From contig JBGANV010000001.1 of the NCBI GenBank assembly GCA_044222185.1, positions 2,080,001 to 2,144,000 of the forward strand: DNA of 64,000 bases, read 5' to 3'. The translations under genes and the position numbers were made by a program. Positions within the stretch are counted from its first letter, which is position 1; every line of letters begins with the position of its first letter. Below the pieces are notes generated by a model. It saw only the letters and a list, made by a program, of their open reading frames with translations, was not told the origin of the DNA and did not search any database. Source of the DNA: Planctomycetota bacterium (GTDB taxonomy: Bacteria > Planctomycetota > GCA-002687715 > CAIWVZ01). Below, one piece after another: positions 8,128 to 18,891 of the stretch.

Positions 8128-10242
8128 ATGCCCGCCGCTGCTACGGTTCGCCTCGTTTCGCTCGATCCATTCGCGATCCGCAGCATGGGCCTCACGCAGC
8201 CGATCCGTCGCCGCGCGGCGAAGTTCTTCCGTGAACGTGAAGACGAGATCTTCTTCGCGTTCTGTGGATTCATCGGCGTTCTCGCGAGTCTCGTCGCCGC
8301 TGGCTTCCGAATCGGTACGGATTGGCTGCGAAGCCACCTCGTCGGGCCGCAAACGAACGTGCTCGACGCCATGGCGGCGCTCGATCCGCTGCAACGCGTG
8401 TTGATCCCCGCGGCGGGCGGCCTGGTCGTCGGGTTGATCCTTCTCGTCCTGCGACAGGATGACGGCTCGGGCCACGGCGTCCCCGAGGTCATGGAGATCT
8501 TCGTCCTCGGCAAGCGGTCGCTGCGACTGCTGTCGGTCCTGAAGAAGTCGTTCGCGTCGATGGTCGGCATCGTCACGGGGAGCTCGGTCGGACGCGAGGG
8601 TCCGATCATCCAACTCGCAAGCGCGATTGCAGCGCGGGCGGGAATCCGCGCGCGCCTCAGCGACGAGAGTTACCGGATCCTCACGGCAGCGGGCGTCGCC
8701 GCCGGCGTGGCGGCCGCCTATCACACGCCACTGGCTGGGACGCTGTTCGTCGCGGAGATCATCGTCGGGACGTTGAACGTGCGCGTCCTCGGTGCGGCCG
8801 TGGTCGCCGCCGTCTCCGCGTCGGTCACGTCGGACGCGATCCTCGGAATGGAACCGCCCCTCTACGCGCTGCCGCCCTTCCACGTGGCGTCCGTCGCGGA
8901 GTACGGCGCGTACGTCGTCCTCGGTGGGCTCGCCGGAGTCGTCGGGGTGGCGTTTCTCGCGACGATCCGCGGCGGGTCGTGGGTCTTCGCCCGCGTCCGC
9001 CTTCCCATTCCCGTCCGCACGGCCCTCGGCGGTGCCATCGTCGGTGCGATCGGCCTGAGGTTTCCCGAGGTCTATGGAAACGGTTACGAAGCCACGCGCG
9101 CCATGCTTCAGGACGCGTTTCCGCTTGGCGTCCTCGTGGCCCTCGGCGTGCTGAAGATGATCGCCACGGGGACGAGCGTCTCGAGCGGCGTGCCCGGCGG
9201 GATCTTCACGCCGACCCTCTTCGGCGGAGCGGCACTCGGCGCCGCATTCGGCCACGTGGTCGCCAAGTACGTTCCGATCGCATCGACCCAGGTGCCGTCG
9301 TACGCGCTGCTGGGAATGGCCGGAGCCCTCGCCGCGACCATGCACGCTCCGCTGCTCTCGACCGTGATGATCATCGAGCTCACGAACAACTACAGCATGG
9401 CGCTCCCTCTCCTCGTCGTCAGTTTCGTCGGACGCACGGTGGCGAAGGGGCTCCACAAATCCTCCGTCTACACGGAAGTCCTCGAGAAGAAGGGGCTCCC
9501 GACGGAAGGGTCCATGGAATCCCGGATGATGGGCTCGCTGAAGGTGAAGGACCTGGTCCGCACGGACGTGGAGCTCCTGCCGCAAGCGACGCCGCTCACG
9601 GAGATCGTGCGGCGGTTCTCCGAGTCCAGGGCCCTGTACCTCTACGTGGGTGACGACGACCGCAGGCTCGTCGGCGCGATCGACCTGCACGACCTGAAGG
9701 GCGCGCTGGGCGAACACGACATCAGCGCGGTGATCATCGCCCGCGATCTCGCCAAGCCCGTGCCCGTGGGATATCCGCACGAGTCCATCACGGAGGTGAA
9801 TCACCGCCTGTGGCTCCAGGACGTGGGCCATCTCCCCATCGTCAAATCCGAGGAGGATCACACGTGGCTCGGCGTTCTGACGCGTCGCGACGTGCTCGGC
9901 GCCGTGGACCGCGAGATCCTCAAGCGCAACCTCATGATGGCGCCGATCCGAGCAGCCGGTGCCGAAGAGACCGACTGGTTCGAGTTGCCGCCCGGCGGGC
10001 GGCTGGAGGCGATCCGCGTTCCCGCCGACCTGATCGGGAAGACCATTGCCGAGGCGGGCCTGGGCCAGCGGCTCGGGGTCACGATCCTGGCGATCCGGCG
10101 GCGCGGCAAGAACGGCGAGGAGTCGAGGTACCTCCCGCGACCGGACATCCGCCTCGAGGGGGCGGACCTCATCGTCGTCCTGGGTCCGAACGACGTCGTC
10201 GGGGCCCTCCTCGAGGGAAAGACGCCCGACGGCCTGGGCTGA
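8128..10242 (+). CDS. ClC-family chloride channel/antiporter with CBS pair and TrkA-C (RCK_C) domain
   Basis: GHGVPEV, GREGP and GGIFTP motifs; many TM helices; CBS pair; C-terminal LIGKTI....LGVTILAIRR. Alternative start at 8185. Confidence 0.9.
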   Translation: MPAAATVRLVSLDPFAIRSMGLTQPIRRRAAKFFREREDEIFFAFCGFIGVLASLVAAGFRIGTDWLRSHLVGPQTNVLDAMAALDPLQRVLIPAAGGLVVGLILLVLRQDDGSGHGVPEVMEIFVLGKRSLRLLSVLKKSFASMVGIVTGSSVGREGPIIQLASAIAARAGIRARLSDESYRILTAAGVAAGVAAAYHTPLAGTLFVAEIIVGTLNVRVLGAAVVAAVSASVTSDAILGMEPPLYALPPFHVASVAEYGAYVVLGGLAGVVGVAFLATIRGGSWVFARVRLPIPVRTALGGAIVGAIGLRFPEVYGNGYEATRAMLQDAFPLGVLVALGVLKMIATGTSVSSGVPGGIFTPTLFGGAALGAAFGHVVAKYVPIASTQVPSYALLGMAGALAATMHAPLLSTVMIIELTNNYSMALPLLVVSFVGRTVAKGLHKSSVYTEVLEKKGLPTEGSMESRMMGSLKVKDLVRTDVELLPQATPLTEIVRRFSESRALYLYVGDDDRRLVGAIDLHDLKGALGEHDISAVIIARDLAKPVPVGYPHESITEVNHRLWLQDVGHLPIVKSEEDHTWLGVLTRRDVLGAVDREILKRNLMMAPIRAAGAEETDWFELPPGGRLEAIRVPADLIGKTIAEAGLGQRLGVTILAIRRRGKNGEESRYLPRPDIRLEGADLIVVLGPNDVVGALLEGKTPDGLG

Positions 10243-10253
10243 AACGACTCGAG

Positions 10254-10327
10254 TGGGCGCTACTGGGGTCGAACCAGTGACCTCTGCGGTGTGAACACAG
10301 CGCTCTAACCAACTGAGCTAAGCGCCC
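10254..10327 (-). tRNA. tRNA-Val (anticodon CAC), CCA not encoded
   Basis: Reverse complement GGGCGCTTAGCTCAGTTGGTTAGAGCGCTGTGTTCACACCGCAGAGGTCACTGGTTCGACCCCAGTAGCGCCCA folds as a cloverleaf; anticodon loop TT-CAC-AC. Confidence 0.95.
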
Positions 10328-10340
10328 CGAGAAGGCCCCG

Positions 10341-10369
10341 GTTCTACTGACGCCGGGAGCCTCGTTCAA
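10341..10369 (-). promoter_or_regulatory. Putative sigma70 promoter for tRNA-Val
   Basis: Minus strand TTGAAC-17 nt-TAGAAC, ending 13 nt before the tRNA 5' end. Confidence 0.55.
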
Positions 10370-10384
10370 CCGCCGAGGTTCACG

Positions 10385-12931
10385 TCACCAGCCGCCCTCG
10401 TATGCGACGCGGGCTGCCTGGTAGGCGTTTCCCCACCGGAGCGCGTTGCCGATCACCTTCGACTCGGACGATGGGTACTGGTACGGCCGGCACGTGATCG
10501 ACGACCAGGTGCCCGGGTTCAGGACGTTCTGCGGCCCCATGGTCGGGTATCCCTGCGGGTACCGGGTGAGCGTGTCGAAGAACATCTGCCCCCACAGCAG
10601 GTCGATGGGATCCTGCGAGATCACGTAGGTGTACGCGAACGACTCGACGAACGGCCACGCGAGGTGGATCGACGTTCCGCCCGGGTTCGTCGGCGACCAC
10701 TGGTCGTGGACGGAGGGAAGCGTCATCGCGGTCAGCGGGCCGGACGGGAGCGACGTCACCGCCGTCTTGAACCAGTTGCGCATGCGCCCGAGGAGCGGCA
10801 GGTACGTGGGATCGCCGCTGTTCAGGTAGTACTTGCACGCGGCGATGTAGAAGATCGCCTCGCCCCACGATGCCGTGAGCCCGTTCGCCGGATTGATGAC
10901 GTACCCGTTGGCGCCGCCACCCACCTCGATCTGCTCGTAGCGTTGGATGCCGAGCCGCGCTTCGTTCAGGTAGACCGGGTCGCCGAGGTAGTTCGACGCC
11001 GACACGAGCGAGTCGATGGACCAGCCCGGACCGCGCGAACCCCAGTGCCCCGACCAGTTCTTCGGTGCTGCGGCGCGGATGATGTACCCCAGGTTCTCGA
11101 CGGCCGCCTCGCGAGTGCCCTCGTCGCCGGTCATCGCGTAATGGACGAGGAGCCCCTCGACCCAGTTATGCGTGTCTCGGCCCGTGGTCGCGTTCCCGTG
11201 CCACCAGCCCTTCTCGTAGAACTGCGCCCCTCGCCACGTCTCCGCCGGGTTCGTCGAGTGGTTCTGGTTGTAGTCGCGCCGCGACGCCGCCATGTCGCGA
11301 CCGAAGTCGTAGAAGCGATAGTCGCCCGTCCGCCAGAACGCATAGAGGATCGACGCGGTCCAGTCGTAATGCTGGGAGCAGAAACCGTCGGCCCACCAGA
11401 TGTCGCCGTAGTGATCCCACCCGAACGTCTGGTTGCCTCCGTAGGTGCCCCCGCGACGGAGGAATTTCTTCAGTCCGATGCGCTCCTGCCCCGTGAGGTC
11501 CGCCTGATTGTCGTCGACGAGCATCATCGACATGCGGTCGAAGCGCTGGAAGCCCGGATCGGTCCAATTGCGGTGCTCCATGAACAGGGTGCCCGTGGCG
11601 CCGGAGCGACGAACCCACGAACCGTTGGGCATTCCGAAGAGCGGTGCGTTGGCGCGCGCCGACGCGGCCGCGACGTTCGCCTGGCTTCGGGGCCCGCCGC
11701 CGTGGAAATCGAACACGACGCGGTGAGTCTTCCAGCGGCCGCCCTCGAAGCGGTAGTTCGTGAGCGACATCGGATCCGGAAGCGTCGGCGAGCTCGGGTT
11801 CTCGTATGGGCCTTTGTACTCGGGCCCGTTCCCCCACTCGGGGAAGATCCCGACCTCGACGGCACCGTCCCGCGCCCGGATCGCCTTGGGGAACTGTTGC
11901 CAGAAACGATCGATCGTCACGGTCGCACCTGCGCTCGAGTTGGCGAGGTCGACGGCCCCGCAGGATCGCGACCCTGACGCCATCTGGACGCCGTCGATGC
12001 CCTCCGTGAATTGGAATCCCGTGTACAGGTCCAGGTTGTTCGTCGGGGTGACGAAGCGCTGGCGAAGGTCGTAGAGCTGCCCGACGGCGAGCGGCTGCAC
12101 GAGACTCTCGCTCGCGACCGTCATGCCGGCTGCCGGGCCGATGGGCTGCACGAGGTAGATGCGATCGAAGTACTGCTGGCCGTCAGCGACGTTCTGGTCG
12201 AACAGGCCGTACGCCGCGCGATTCTCCAGGCGAAACTCGAACGCCACGTCGGATCGGCCCCAGTAGAAGAACCACCGGCACGTGAAGCGAAGCTGCGCGA
12301 CGATTCCCGTTTGCTTGACGACGGCGCGCACCGACGGCCAACCGGCGTACTCCTCGAGCTCCGTCGACGTCACTTGCACCTGGGGGAAATCCCCCGCACC
12401 GCCCACGAAGTCCATGTGGCCGGGCGACGCCATGGTGACGCCGTCGACGATGGCCGAATCGAACAGAGTGAATGCATTACGGCGGATCGTGAACCAGGTG
12501 CTCGGGCCCGTGTGGACCTGGATCGTCTGCGCGTCTTGTTGCGCCCAGAGGCCGGATGTCGGCTGCGGCGTCCCGATTGCGAGGTGGTACGTCGCGTTCC
12601 CATTGGCGGGCGCGTCGGCGAGGAACGAGACGAGCACCCACCGGATCGGCTTCGTCGCATCCGTTCGGGTGCCGCCCCAGCGCGTGAGCACCTTGAACTG
12701 ACAGGGCACGGAGTGAAGCGATGGGTCGAGCACGCCGATGCCCGCCATCGAGAACGTCGCCGGCTGTGCCGGGAGCGGGATGCCGAAACTCGTCGGCTCC
12801 TGCACGCGAGGCTGGCTCGTGCCGTTCATGACGGTGAGATCGAGAACCGGAGTCCCCTGGCCCAGGGCGCTCAACGCACAGGAAACGACGGCGGCGAGAC
12901 ACACGACGGCACGGCGAGTTCGTGACCACAT
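10385..12931 (-). CDS. Secreted PcRGLX/YetA-like (exo-rhamnogalacturonan lyase-like) protein
   Basis: Signal peptide; EPTSFGIPLP, VPCQFKVLTRW and IRWVLVSFLAD N-terminal barrel motifs; FGWDHYGD and an aromatic-rich helical C-terminal region; SD GGAG before ATG 12931. Confidence 0.6.
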   Translation of the reverse strand: MWSRTRRAVVCLAAVVSCALSALGQGTPVLDLTVMNGTSQPRVQEPTSFGIPLPAQPATFSMAGIGVLDPSLHSVPCQFKVLTRWGGTRTDATKPIRWVLVSFLADAPANGNATYHLAIGTPQPTSGLWAQQDAQTIQVHTGPSTWFTIRRNAFTLFDSAIVDGVTMASPGHMDFVGGAGDFPQVQVTSTELEEYAGWPSVRAVVKQTGIVAQLRFTCRWFFYWGRSDVAFEFRLENRAAYGLFDQNVADGQQYFDRIYLVQPIGPAAGMTVASESLVQPLAVGQLYDLRQRFVTPTNNLDLYTGFQFTEGIDGVQMASGSRSCGAVDLANSSAGATVTIDRFWQQFPKAIRARDGAVEVGIFPEWGNGPEYKGPYENPSSPTLPDPMSLTNYRFEGGRWKTHRVVFDFHGGGPRSQANVAAASARANAPLFGMPNGSWVRRSGATGTLFMEHRNWTDPGFQRFDRMSMMLVDDNQADLTGQERIGLKKFLRRGGTYGGNQTFGWDHYGDIWWADGFCSQHYDWTASILYAFWRTGDYRFYDFGRDMAASRRDYNQNHSTNPAETWRGAQFYEKGWWHGNATTGRDTHNWVEGLLVHYAMTGDEGTREAAVENLGYIIRAAAPKNWSGHWGSRGPGWSIDSLVSASNYLGDPVYLNEARLGIQRYEQIEVGGGANGYVINPANGLTASWGEAIFYIAACKYYLNSGDPTYLPLLGRMRNWFKTAVTSLPSGPLTAMTLPSVHDQWSPTNPGGTSIHLAWPFVESFAYTYVISQDPIDLLWGQMFFDTLTRYPQGYPTMGPQNVLNPGTWSSITCRPYQYPSSESKVIGNALRWGNAYQAARVAYEGGW

Positions 12932-13012
12932 GACGGCTCCAGTCACCCGGCATGTTTGCCGGAGATCTACCGTCCGTATCGTCGTGTGCATGCGCCCGGC
13001 TTGGGCGCGAGA

Positions 13013-14791
13013 TCACGTGCCCTGGTAACGAGTCCCGGTATCGAGCTGGCGCACCGACAGAGCCCCTGCGACGACGGCGAGAGCGATCAGACCCGCGGCC
13101 TTGAGCGGCGCGCCGAAGATGATTTCGCCAGTCGCTCCAAGTACGGAATAGACAGCGACCACCGAAAGGAGCGTTCGCGCGAAGCTCACGAAGACGAAGC
13201 GGAACTGTCCCGCGTGCGCACCGGAGAAGGGACGCCAGCCCGGACCTTCGGGCCGTATTTTTGCGTAGAAGCGATCGAGCACGCCGCGGTCGGTCGCAGG
13301 CATGATGAACGTCAACCCGACCCACGCGATCGTCGTCACGCCCGCGATCACGAGGAACCGCACGCTCACGTCGTCGAGTCTGTCGCCCGCGAGACCGGGA
13401 ATGCGATTCACGACGATGGCCATGATCAACGCGACGACCATCGCCGAGATCTCCGACCACGCGCTCACCCGCCACCAGTACCACCGCAACGCATACACGG
13501 CGCCCGTGCCGGCGCCCACGGCGAGGAGCCACTCCCACGCCGTCTTGATGGACTCCATCTGCGGCGTGACGAGGCACGATGCCAGCAACACGATCGCGGT
13601 CGCGATGCGTCCGGCATTCGCCTGTTGCCGCGGCGTGGCGTCGCGCTTCATGAACCGCAGGTAGACGTCACCGACGAGGTACGACGCGCCCCAGTTCAAC
13701 TGAGTCGACAGCGTCGACATGTACGCCGCAGCGAAGCTCGCGAGCATCACGCCACGCCACGCCGGCGGAAGGTGGTCGATGAGCACTTGCACGTAGAGCT
13801 TGCCCGGGTCCTTCGCATAGACCCCGCCGCCCGGATAGAGGACGAGGGCGCACAGCCCCACGATGATCCAGGGCCACGGCCGTAGCGCGTAGTGCGCGAT
13901 GTTGAACCACAGCGTCGCGAGTACGGAGTCACGCTCGCTGCGCGTGGCGAGGAGTCGCTGCACGATGTAACCGCCGCCGCCGGGTTCCGCGCCCGGGTAC
14001 CAGCTCGCCCACCACTGCGCGCCGAGGTAGACGAGGAACGTCATCAGGGGAACGGCCCACGGCTGTCCGTGCGGCAGGAGCGAAAGTACGGCATCGGCAC
14101 TCCCGAACGGCACCAGGCTGCCGGCGGGCGTGGCCTGACCGAGCTTCTGTACGAGCGCGTCCACACCGCCTACGGCGGAGAGCGAGTACAGCGCCAGAAC
14201 GACGGCACCGACCATGGCGATCACGAACTGGATCGCATCCGTGAGCACCACGCCCCACAGCCCCGACAACAGGGAGTACGCCCCGGTGACCACGACACAC
14301 GCAGCCAGCGACTGGAACATGTTCCAGCCGAGCGTGAGTTCGAGGATCTTCGCCATGGCGAGGTTGACCCATCCGATGATGAGGCAGTTGGCGAAGAGCC
14401 CGAGGTAGACGGCGCGGAACCCGCGCAGGAAGGCCGCAGGCCTTCCCGAGTACCGCAGCTCCGCGAACTCCTGATCCGTCATCACCTCCGACCGTCGCCA
14501 CAACTTCGCGAACGCGAAGACCGTCAACATCCCCGAGAGCGCGAACGACCACCAGAACCAGTTGCCCGCGACACCGTACTTCGTCACGAGTTCGGTCACG
14601 GCGAGGGGCGTGTCGGCGGCGAACGTCGTCGCCACCATGCTCGTCCCCGCCAACCACCACGGAAGCGTGCGCCCCGAGAGGAAGAACTCGCTGCTGCTCG
14701 TCCCGGCGCGTTTGGAGTATCGAAGGCCGATCCAGAGCGAGAGCGCGAAGTAGGCCGCGATGACGACGCCGTCCAGGATCCCGAGTTGCAT
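13013..14791 (-). CDS. Sodium:solute symporter (SSS) family protein
   Basis: FFLSGRTLPWW, SMVATTFAADTP, AAYMSTLSTQLN motifs; about 13-14 TM helices. Confidence 0.9.
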   Translation of the reverse strand: MQLGILDGVVIAAYFALSLWIGLRYSKRAGTSSSEFFLSGRTLPWWLAGTSMVATTFAADTPLAVTELVTKYGVAGNWFWWSFALSGMLTVFAFAKLWRRSEVMTDQEFAELRYSGRPAAFLRGFRAVYLGLFANCLIIGWVNLAMAKILELTLGWNMFQSLAACVVVTGAYSLLSGLWGVVLTDAIQFVIAMVGAVVLALYSLSAVGGVDALVQKLGQATPAGSLVPFGSADAVLSLLPHGQPWAVPLMTFLVYLGAQWWASWYPGAEPGGGGYIVQRLLATRSERDSVLATLWFNIAHYALRPWPWIIVGLCALVLYPGGGVYAKDPGKLYVQVLIDHLPPAWRGVMLASFAAAYMSTLSTQLNWGASYLVGDVYLRFMKRDATPRQQANAGRIATAIVLLASCLVTPQMESIKTAWEWLLAVGAGTGAVYALRWYWWRVSAWSEISAMVVALIMAIVVNRIPGLAGDRLDDVSVRFLVIAGVTTIAWVGLTFIMPATDRGVLDRFYAKIRPEGPGWRPFSGAHAGQFRFVFVSFARTLLSVVAVYSVLGATGEIIFGAPLKAAGLIALAVVAGALSVRQLDTGTRYQGT

Positions 14792-14973
14792 GGGGGCAGA
14801 TGACACACGCAGCGGCGCGCGGCGTCAAGCTCGGAAACACGGCGCCTGAAGCGGGGACGGTCCGCGCGAAACCCGATCCGCGCGCGGCGCCGAGGGCGGA
14901 CGGCGACCCGTCCCTGCGCCGGGGCTGCGCGAATCCCGAGGCGTCCTCCTCGGCCGTTAGGATCCCGGCCGAC

Positions 14974-16047
14974 GTGAGCGGCCCCTCAACACCTGGTCGC
15001 GGAGCCGGATTCAACCCCGCCAATCGCTTCGGCGCGAATCACCTCGAGCCGTTCGACGTGGACGTTCCGTGTGAAGACGACGTGCCGCGGACTTTGAAGA
15101 CGACGTTCTTCGCCGACCGTTCGAAGTCGATCCTCACGCGGAACGACAGTCCCGACGTCCCGTTCACGTGGAGCATCAACCCGTACCGCGGCTGCGAGCA
15201 CGGATGCATCTACTGCTACGCGCGGCCGAGTCACGAGTACCTGGGCTTTTCGGCAGGGCTCGACTTCGAATCGAAGATCGTCGTGAAGCCGGACGCACCC
15301 GAGCTCCTGCGGGACGCGCTCCAATCGCGGAAATGGGAGCCTCAGGTCGTTTGCATCTCCGGGAACACCGACGGCTACCAGCCCGTCGAGCGGGCACTGG
15401 GGATCACCCGCAAGTGCCTGGAGGTCTTCCGAGACTTCCGCAACCCCGTCGCCGTCATCACGAAGAACGCGCTCGTCTCCCGCGACACCGACATCCTCGC
15501 GGACCTCGCTCGGTTCGACGCCGTGAACGTGACCTTCAGCGTGACGACGTTGGACACCGACGTCGCGCGGTCGATGGAGCCGCGCGCGTCAGCTCCCATG
15601 CGCCGCCTCGCTGCCATGCGAACGCTCGCGGATGCGGGGGTGCCCGTGGCCGTCAACATCGGCCCGGTCGTGCCCGGGCTGACGGACGACGAGATTCCCG
15701 CGATCCTGGCGGCTGCGAAAGCGCACGGCGCCACGGGCGCGGGCTTCTTGATGATGCGCCTCCCCGGGCTCGTCGAACCGCTGTTCGTCGAGTGGGTGCA
15801 GCGGGTCTTCCCGGCCCGTGCCCAGAGGGTCCTCGCCCGCATCCGCGACGTCCGCCAGGGCGATCTCCACGACACACGCTTCGGCACCCGCATGCGGGGC
15901 GAGGGCGCGATAGCCGACGCCGTCGCGCGCCTCTTCGAGATCCACGCCGCGAGACTCGGTCTTGGAACGCGGCGATTCGACCTCTCGGCCGCACACTTCA
16001 TCCGACCCGGCGGGCGACAGGGGGAGCTCTTCCACGGCGGAGACTGA
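14974..16047 (+). CDS. PA0069/Rv2578c-family radical SAM protein (SplB-like)
   Basis: SINPYRGCEHGCIYCYARPSHEYLG CxxxCxxC motif; NTDGYQPVE; start estimated at GTG 14974. Confidence 0.9.
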   Translation: MSGPSTPGRGAGFNPANRFGANHLEPFDVDVPCEDDVPRTLKTTFFADRSKSILTRNDSPDVPFTWSINPYRGCEHGCIYCYARPSHEYLGFSAGLDFESKIVVKPDAPELLRDALQSRKWEPQVVCISGNTDGYQPVERALGITRKCLEVFRDFRNPVAVITKNALVSRDTDILADLARFDAVNVTFSVTTLDTDVARSMEPRASAPMRRLAAMRTLADAGVPVAVNIGPVVPGLTDDEIPAILAAAKAHGATGAGFLMMRLPGLVEPLFVEWVQRVFPARAQRVLARIRDVRQGDLHDTRFGTRMRGEGAIADAVARLFEIHAARLGLGTRRFDLSAAHFIRPGGRQGELFHGGD

Positions 16048-16152
16048 TGGCACGTCCGGCCCCTCCTCCCGTGACGGATCCCCGTCGTCTTGGACCTTTC
16101 TGGCGGCGACGGTCGCAAGTACGCTCGGGCGCCGCGCGGATCGGCACCGACC

Positions 16153-18891
16153 ATGGACCCCGACGACGATCGGCCCGTTGACCACACGCGGCGCGCACCT
16201 GCTGCGTGGTGGCTCGCTGCCCTGGCATGCCTCGCATGCGACGTCGCGCTCCTCGCACCGGCACTGTTCACGGATCGAGTCCGCGCCCCCGGTGACATCC
16301 TGGACGCCACGCGCCCGTTCACGCCACGTGAACGGCCCACCTCGACACCGGCGAACCCGCTGCTTGGCGACTGGCCGTCCCAGTTCCTTCCGTGGCAGCG
16401 GCTCGTGCGGCGCTCGTGGCTGTCCGGACGCGTGCCCCTGTGGAACGACCTCTCCGGGAACGGGGCCCCACTGCTCGCGAACGTTCAATGCGAAGCGCTG
16501 TCCCCCTACCTGCCTCTCATGCTCGCAGGCGGCGATCAGTTCGCCGACCTGAAACAGCTGGCCCAGCTCCTCATCGCGCAGCTCGGATGCCTCGTTCTCG
16601 CCCATCACCTCCGGCTGCGCGCGACGGCGGCCTGCCTCGTCGCGCTGGCGTTCTCGTTCTCTTCGTACATGCAGGCGTGGGCCATGCACCCGCACTCCGG
16701 GGCGGCCGCCTTCGCGCCTCTCGTGGCATGGACGCTCCTCCGCCTGCGCGAGTCTCCGTCCCTCTCCCGCGTGCTGTGGGCGGCGGTCCCGATCGCGGCG
16801 TCGATCCTGGCCGGCCACGTGGAAACGGCGTTCACGTTCACGGCCGGTGCGTGCCTCGTCGCCTGGCTCGCCGTTTCACCACCGAGGCACGCGGTGGCGC
16901 GCGCGGTCGCCTTCCCCGTGCTCGCGCTCGGAAGCGGCGCAGTGGCTGGCGCCCTGTGCGCCGGGCTGATCGCGCCATTCTTCGAGTACGTCGCGCTGTC
17001 GCCCGTCGTCCAGCTTCGGACCTTCACGACACCCACGCCGCTCCCTGCATCACAGTTGCTGTCGTTGCTCGACCCGTTCGCGTTTGGAAGCCCGGTCGCA
17101 GGAGCGCGTCCCTACGCTGGCGACGGGAACGTGGCCGAATCCACGATCTTCGTCGGGCGCATCGCCCTCGCGTTCGCGGGCATCGGGTTCGTGAACGGCA
17201 TGCGGTCGCGACGGGCGGCGACGCTCGCCCTCGCGTGTACGATCGCCGTGGGGTTCCTCCTCGCGTGCATGCCGGCGGGACTGGCTCCCCTCCTCACGCA
17301 GCTGCCGCCCCTGGACCGCATGCCGCTCGGCCGGATGACGTCCATGGGAATCCTCCCGATGGCGCTGCTCGCGGGTCTGGGCTGGGATGCCCTCGGCGAT
17401 GCCGCGATGTCGATCCGCGCCCGCCGGGTGGACGCAGTCGTCGGGTTCGCATCCGTGGGCCTCGCGATCGCCATGCTCCGTGTCGCGGCGGCGCCCGCGC
17501 CGGATTCGTTCGTGCTCCGCTCGGCGACACTCGGGTTCGCCGGAGCGGCCCTGACCCTCGGAGCCTCGCGGGTCGTCGTCCCGAATCGGCCGGCATTCGT
17601 CCGCTGTGTGTCGCTCGTGTTCGTGGCAGCGGTCGGCCTCGAATGCGTCTCCACGTGGCGGGATTGGGTGCCGACCGTCGAGCCCGGCGTGCTCGGTCGC
17701 CGACCGTCGATCGTCGAGGCCTGCCCGCCCACGATGCTCGAGACGGGGCGCTGCCTCCCCATGGACACGTTGTTCCACCCGGAGACCGGCATCCTCGCCG
17801 AGGTCCCGAATCTGCGCTCCGGCGACGCACTCGGTTTCCTGCGCCGCTGGCAACTGATGTTCGCGTGGCAGGCGTTCACCCTCGCGTGGGGTTCGCAACC
17901 GACGGCGTCCGCAGACCCGAGGCTGCTCGACATGATCTCGGCGCGTTGGATCGTCGCTGATTGGCCGGTGAGCCAGACGGTGACGGCCGACACCGCCCTC
18001 GTGACTTCCGCGGAACCTCACGACCTCGTGGCGAGCGCTCCGCGTTGCATCGAGTTCCTGCTGCACCGCGGCCCAGGCGCGTCGGTGCGCGATGGAACCA
18101 TCACCATCGAAGCGTCACGGGACGTGGCGGAGCCCGAGCAGCGACTCCTCACCGAGTCCGCCGGCGCGGAGGTCCGCGGTTCGCGCATCACGTTCCCCGT
18201 GCCCGACCGAGCGCTCGCGTCCCTGATCGCCGCGGGGCTCCCGGGCATCCGCCCCGCGTTCGTGCGGATCCCGACCGACGCCGTCCATTCGGTGGCGTCG
18301 GTGCGAGTCCGCGTCGCGAACGGGGCTGCGCCGGTCCAGATCGTGCGGATTTCGCGCGATGGGCTCGGCCCGACGCGCGTTCTGGCCACGCGGGACGGGT
18401 ACGAGCTGGCGGAGCGAGTCACGGCCCTCCCCCGCGCCTACCTGACACCGGCCGTCGTTTCCGCCGCCGACGCGGAGGGCGCCACGCTCGCGACGCGCGC
18501 GCCGGGATTCGATCCCCATCGAGCGACGATCGTCGAGGGAATCGCCCCAGATGACGCGACGCGGCGCCGCCTCGATCGAACCGTTCCGCTCGCCGTCGAG
18601 TCACCGTCGCCGCAGGAGTTGCGAATCGCCGTGGACGCGCCCGGAGATTGCGTGCTGGTCGTCACCGACGCCTACTGCCCTGGCTGGGTCGCCTCGATCG
18701 ACGGCAACGAGACTCCGATCCGCGCCGCCAACGTCGCCGGCCGCGCAATCCTCGTCCCGGCCGGTCGCCACGACGTCCGATTCGAATATCGACCGCGGAC
18801 GTTCACCGTGGGAATGGCGGTCTCCGGATTCACGGCACTCGCGATGGCCGGGTGCCTGCTGCGCGGACGCAGGCGCGCCCGAGCTACTTGA
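16153..18891 (+). CDS. YfhO-family membrane protein (GT-C-fold glycosyltransferase-like)
   Basis: GRVPLWNDLSGNGAPL; multiple TM helices; C-terminal LPRAY and VVTDAYCPGW.A.IDG...VPAGRHDVRFEYRP followed by a final TM helix. Confidence 0.85.
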   Translation: MDPDDDRPVDHTRRAPAAWWLAALACLACDVALLAPALFTDRVRAPGDILDATRPFTPRERPTSTPANPLLGDWPSQFLPWQRLVRRSWLSGRVPLWNDLSGNGAPLLANVQCEALSPYLPLMLAGGDQFADLKQLAQLLIAQLGCLVLAHHLRLRATAACLVALAFSFSSYMQAWAMHPHSGAAAFAPLVAWTLLRLRESPSLSRVLWAAVPIAASILAGHVETAFTFTAGACLVAWLAVSPPRHAVARAVAFPVLALGSGAVAGALCAGLIAPFFEYVALSPVVQLRTFTTPTPLPASQLLSLLDPFAFGSPVAGARPYAGDGNVAESTIFVGRIALAFAGIGFVNGMRSRRAATLALACTIAVGFLLACMPAGLAPLLTQLPPLDRMPLGRMTSMGILPMALLAGLGWDALGDAAMSIRARRVDAVVGFASVGLAIAMLRVAAAPAPDSFVLRSATLGFAGAALTLGASRVVVPNRPAFVRCVSLVFVAAVGLECVSTWRDWVPTVEPGVLGRRPSIVEACPPTMLETGRCLPMDTLFHPETGILAEVPNLRSGDALGFLRRWQLMFAWQAFTLAWGSQPTASADPRLLDMISARWIVADWPVSQTVTADTALVTSAEPHDLVASAPRCIEFLLHRGPGASVRDGTITIEASRDVAEPEQRLLTESAGAEVRGSRITFPVPDRALASLIAAGLPGIRPAFVRIPTDAVHSVASVRVRVANGAAPVQIVRISRDGLGPTRVLATRDGYELAERVTALPRAYLTPAVVSAADAEGATLATRAPGFDPHRATIVEGIAPDDATRRRLDRTVPLAVESPSPQELRIAVDAPGDCVLVVTDAYCPGWVASIDGNETPIRAANVAGRAILVPAGRHDVRFEYRPRTFTVGMAVSGFTALAMAGCLLRGRRRARAT

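Noticed and set aside
10254-10327. tRNA as a genomic island integration site
   Set aside because: No integrase and no duplicated tRNA 3' end were seen; the tRNA 3' end abuts the ClC gene stop
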